Assembly (NCBI GenBank): GCA_022710685.1
Contig: JAKLGM010000016.1
Span: 1-24,697 of the forward strand
Source: Patescibacteria group bacterium
GTDB lineage: Bacteria > Patescibacteriota > Patescibacteriia > Patescibacteriales > UBA12465
Reading direction: 5' to 3'
DNA: 24,697 nt
A model generated the notes under the pieces. It searched no databases. It worked only from the letters and a program-made list of their open reading frames with translations, and had not been told where the DNA came from. Below are positions 22,363 through 24,697 of the stretch, piece by piece (position 1 is the stretch's first letter; each line of letters begins with the position of its first letter). Position numbers and translations under genes: made by a program.

Positions 22363-23874
22363 CTAATTAGCTGGCTCAAAACCTAGTCGCACTAAATCTT
22401 CTGGCTGAGGTCGAAGATGAACTAGATAGCGACCACGAACCAAGGCAATATCACCCAAATTATATAGCTGGGAAAAGGAAGGCAATTGGTACCATAACCC
22501 CACCAAAGCGCAGTTATTATTTTGCTTATATTCTGAATCTACCACTACTGCATCTTGCGGCCGCCGGTTATCAATTTCCTGATGCCTAGCCATAACATCA
22601 GGGATAAAATAATCTACATGCTGACTTATTATCCAATCCGTAGCATAAACGCACTTGATATTATTTTGATTTAAAAATTTTTTCAAATATTCTATTCTCT
22701 CAACTTCCGTATAATTATCATTGATTTTAGCAAAAATGTAGTTATGAAAAATAGCGCCACAAATTAAAGAGAAAACGGAATAAACCATTAAAAACCAAAA
22801 TAAAACTCTCCTAAATATAGGGTGAGCGACTTGTTTCGCGGTTGAAACAATTAAAAATACGGCCGGGATAAAAAATGGCAGAAGATAACGATAGGAGAAT
22901 TCACGATCATTGTAAAAAAGCATGAAGATGACAAACAAAACAACAGAAAGTAAAATCGCCAGATTAATTTTCTTTAATTTTTTTACTGATAATAAATATA
23001 AACAAAAAAGAATTGCTAAAATGAAGATACCGATAAAAACCCCGCTGTTAAAAGAGGCCCAGGGGTTAAGTTTTAAACGGGAAACATCAAAAAACCTACC
23101 ACCATAACTAACATAATAATGGCTAATAATATTTTTAATATTTGAAGCTAGCTGCTCAAACCCCAATTTGTTCTGAGATTGATAGCTCTGGCCCAAAAAA
23201 TACAATAAAACCTTAGACCCCAAAAAAGCACCGATTAGGCTAGAGGCGAAAATCAAAACTGACTTAAAATTATAATTCACCAAAAAGTAATAGGCGGCTA
23301 AAGGAAGGGCGACCGGCAGCCACAAGGGTTGAGCGTAATAAATCAACACTAATAATACTCCTATAACTACTGACCGACAGTTATTCTTTTTAGAGACGGC
23401 CAACAGAAAAATTACGCTAGAGGCCAATAGGGCGGTTAAATATCCACCCCGGGCTTTAGTGGCCCAGTCAAACCAAGCCGGGACAGACGATGCAAAAAGA
23501 GTGGCCAGCAAGGCCCATTTTCGGCTATTAAATATTTTTTTGCCGGCATAATAAAGAACTATTATACTTGCCAGCCAAAGCAAAAGCATGGCTATTTTCA
23601 TGCTAAAAATATTGATACCAAAAAAGAACCCCAATATTGCTCCCAGTAGAACCTCAAAAGAAACAAAACCATAATTTTGACCAGAAAAAAATAATGGCAA
23701 ATCACCATTATTTAAAAAACCTTGAATCATGGTGCCAAATATTGCCTCATCGCCATCTATAAAAAATCCCTTATTTACAAAATAAGCGATCCGGGGTAAA
23801 GAGTTGAACAAAATTATCAAAATAATAAACAAGAAATCTTTGCTTTTTATAACTGTCAGAAACTTTTTAAACAT
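22363..23874 (-). CDS. Polytopic GT-C fold glycosyltransferase (ArnT/PMT-like, family 39/83-type)
   Basis: 503 aa, 11 or more TM helices, with an N-terminal periplasmic-loop acidic motif (FFIDGDEAIFG). Very AT-rich. In an operon with the GT2 gene. Confidence 0.75.
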   Translation of the reverse strand: MFKKFLTVIKSKDFLFIILIILFNSLPRIAYFVNKGFFIDGDEAIFGTMIQGFLNNGDLPLFFSGQNYGFVSFEVLLGAILGFFFGINIFSMKIAMLLLWLASIIVLYYAGKKIFNSRKWALLATLFASSVPAWFDWATKARGGYLTALLASSVIFLLAVSKKNNCRSVVIGVLLVLIYYAQPLWLPVALPLAAYYFLVNYNFKSVLIFASSLIGAFLGSKVLLYFLGQSYQSQNKLGFEQLASNIKNIISHYYVSYGGRFFDVSRLKLNPWASFNSGVFIGIFILAILFCLYLLSVKKLKKINLAILLSVVLFVIFMLFYNDREFSYRYLLPFFIPAVFLIVSTAKQVAHPIFRRVLFWFLMVYSVFSLICGAIFHNYIFAKINDNYTEVERIEYLKKFLNQNNIKCVYATDWIISQHVDYFIPDVMARHQEIDNRRPQDAVVVDSEYKQNNNCALVGLWYQLPSFSQLYNLGDIALVRGRYLVHLRPQPEDLVRLGFEPAN

Positions 23875-24000
23875 AACTTAGCTAAATATTTAGATTATCT
23901 TAGTATAACAAAATTCTATAAAGATTAACAGCGAGGTAAACCCAAAAACTAGGGCCTGGGGTAATAGCAATTAAGTCGAAGCCAGTTCCCGAAAAAACAA

Positions 24001-24026
24001 AAAACCGATATAAAATCGGTTTTTGT
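24001..24026 (-). terminator. Hairpin plus T-run 3' of tRNA-Thr
   Basis: AAAACCGAT-ataaa-ATCGGTTTTT. On the minus strand it is followed by TTTTTTGTTTTTT. Confidence 0.5.
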
Positions 24027-24030
24027 CTTG

Positions 24031-24103
24031 AGCCGTCGACCGGGATTGAACCGGTGACCTTCTCCTTACCATGGAGATGCTCTACCAGCTGAGCTACGAC
24101 GGC
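24031..24103 (-). tRNA. tRNA-Thr (anticodon GGT)
   Basis: Reverse complement GCCGTCG-TA-GCTC-AGCTGGTA-GAGC-A-TCTCC-ATGGTAA-GGAGA-AGGTC-ACCGG-TTCAATC-CCGGT-CGACGGC-T. Perfect 7-bp acceptor stem. CCA is not encoded. The track ORF 23900-24136 is the usual spurious tRNA-antisense ORF. Confidence 0.85.
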
Positions 24104-24108
24104 AATGA

Positions 24109-24642
24109 TTATAAATTGTTGATCTCCTCCTGCCAATCACTAATCTTCTGATTGTCCGGATTAACTTCCTGCAAGCGATCCAGGGTTTCCTGCGCCAATG
24201 TCTTGTCCTTCTGCATAATAGCTAAATCCAGCAAAAGATTCAAGTAGCGCGGATGGTTAGGTTCAACCTGCAATGATTCTATAATATTATCCCGCGCTTC
24301 GTCAAGGTTATCTAAATTTTTATTAGCTAAAGCCAGCTGATACCCGACCTCCGCCTCAGTCTTAGGGTCATTCTTCAGCTCTAACAAACGACGTGCATAA
24401 ATCAGGGTTTGTTTGGCCTCGGCGTTCTTCTTGAGCTTGGCATAGACTTCGCCTAATTCAATAAAGGCAGGCAAGAATTTCTGATCCATACTAGCCACTT
24501 CAATCAGTTTAGACTCGGCTTCTAATAATGACTCATTATCCTCCTTCTTGGCTAATTCCCGCGCCTGACCGAGAAAAAGATTGATTTTTTCTTCTTGCGT
24601 TATCTGGGATAGTTTCTTCTCTTCCTTGTATTTTTCCTTCAT
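24109..24642 (-). CDS. TPR-repeat protein
   Basis: Helical repeats with TPR-like spacing (LGEVYAKLKKNAEAKQTLIYARRLLE..., VGYQLALANKNLDNLDEARDNIIESLQVEPNH). The track ORF starts at a TTG at 24651, but the ATG at 24642 (MKEKYKEEKK) is preferred. It ends 5 nt before the tRNA-Thr 5' end. Confidence 0.7.
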   Translation of the reverse strand: MKEKYKEEKKLSQITQEEKINLFLGQARELAKKEDNESLLEAESKLIEVASMDQKFLPAFIELGEVYAKLKKNAEAKQTLIYARRLLELKNDPKTEAEVGYQLALANKNLDNLDEARDNIIESLQVEPNHPRYLNLLLDLAIMQKDKTLAQETLDRLQEVNPDNQKISDWQEEINNL

Positions 24643-24697
24643 CCGGCGCAAACTATCTAACCAGCGGCTAAAAAAATTTAAACGGTGACTTAAATTA

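Noticed and set aside
22922-23107. 61-aa plus-strand ORF
   Set aside because: It is antisense within the AT-rich GT-C gene.
23900-24136. 78-aa minus-strand ORF containing ..VAQLVEHL..GSIPV..
   Set aside because: This is the classic spurious translation across a tRNA gene (tRNA-Thr at 24031-24103).
1-24697. Looked for CRISPR arrays, IS elements/transposases, integrases, rRNA and large direct repeats flanking islands
   Set aside because: No regularly spaced direct repeats, no transposase- or integrase-like ORF, and no rRNA-like segment were seen. The only large repeats are the intragenic pilin repeats and the paralogous pilin N-terminal modules.

Overview
This 24.7-kb window is a gene-dense bacterial chromosomal segment of about 43 coding genes, three tRNAs and several rho-independent terminators. 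Most genes lack a Shine-Dalgarno sequence, and gene content points to a Patescibacteria/CPR-like organism (inference). Housekeeping genes include greA, a DEAD-box helicase, an ABC-F ATPase, cdd, rpmG (missing from the ORF track), mutM, a cold-shock protein, and tRNA-Trp, tRNA-Tyr and tRNA-Thr (all minus strand, no CCA encoded). The most interesting content is accessory. (1) Two adjacent paralogous type IV pilin-like proteins share a diverged-duplicate N-terminal pilin module (~80% nt identity over ~430 bp), and each carries a different large C-terminal SBBP-like beta-propeller repeat domain with near-exact intragenic DNA repeats; these are candidate modular pilus adhesins. (2) A tandem pair of small signal-peptide plus two-helix proteins resemble TrbC/VirB2-type T4SS pilins, and their leader sequence is duplicated with them. 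(3) An AT-rich island carries a class II auto-inhibited Fic AMPylase (HPFTDGNGRLAR plus an SSQLEG inhibitory motif), bracketed by a 13-bp perfect palindrome at its start and a terminator that abuts the helicase ATG. (4) There is an ECF sigma factor with a membrane anti-sigma candidate, divergent from marR-greA. (5) An L,D-transpeptidase, an unannotated 55-aa four-Cys ORF and an alpha/beta hydrolase are coupled by 4-nt spacers. (6) An AT-rich GT2 plus GT-C glycosylation pair is present. (7) An SPFH/band-7 protein has a membrane partner. No CRISPR array, transposase or rRNA was seen.
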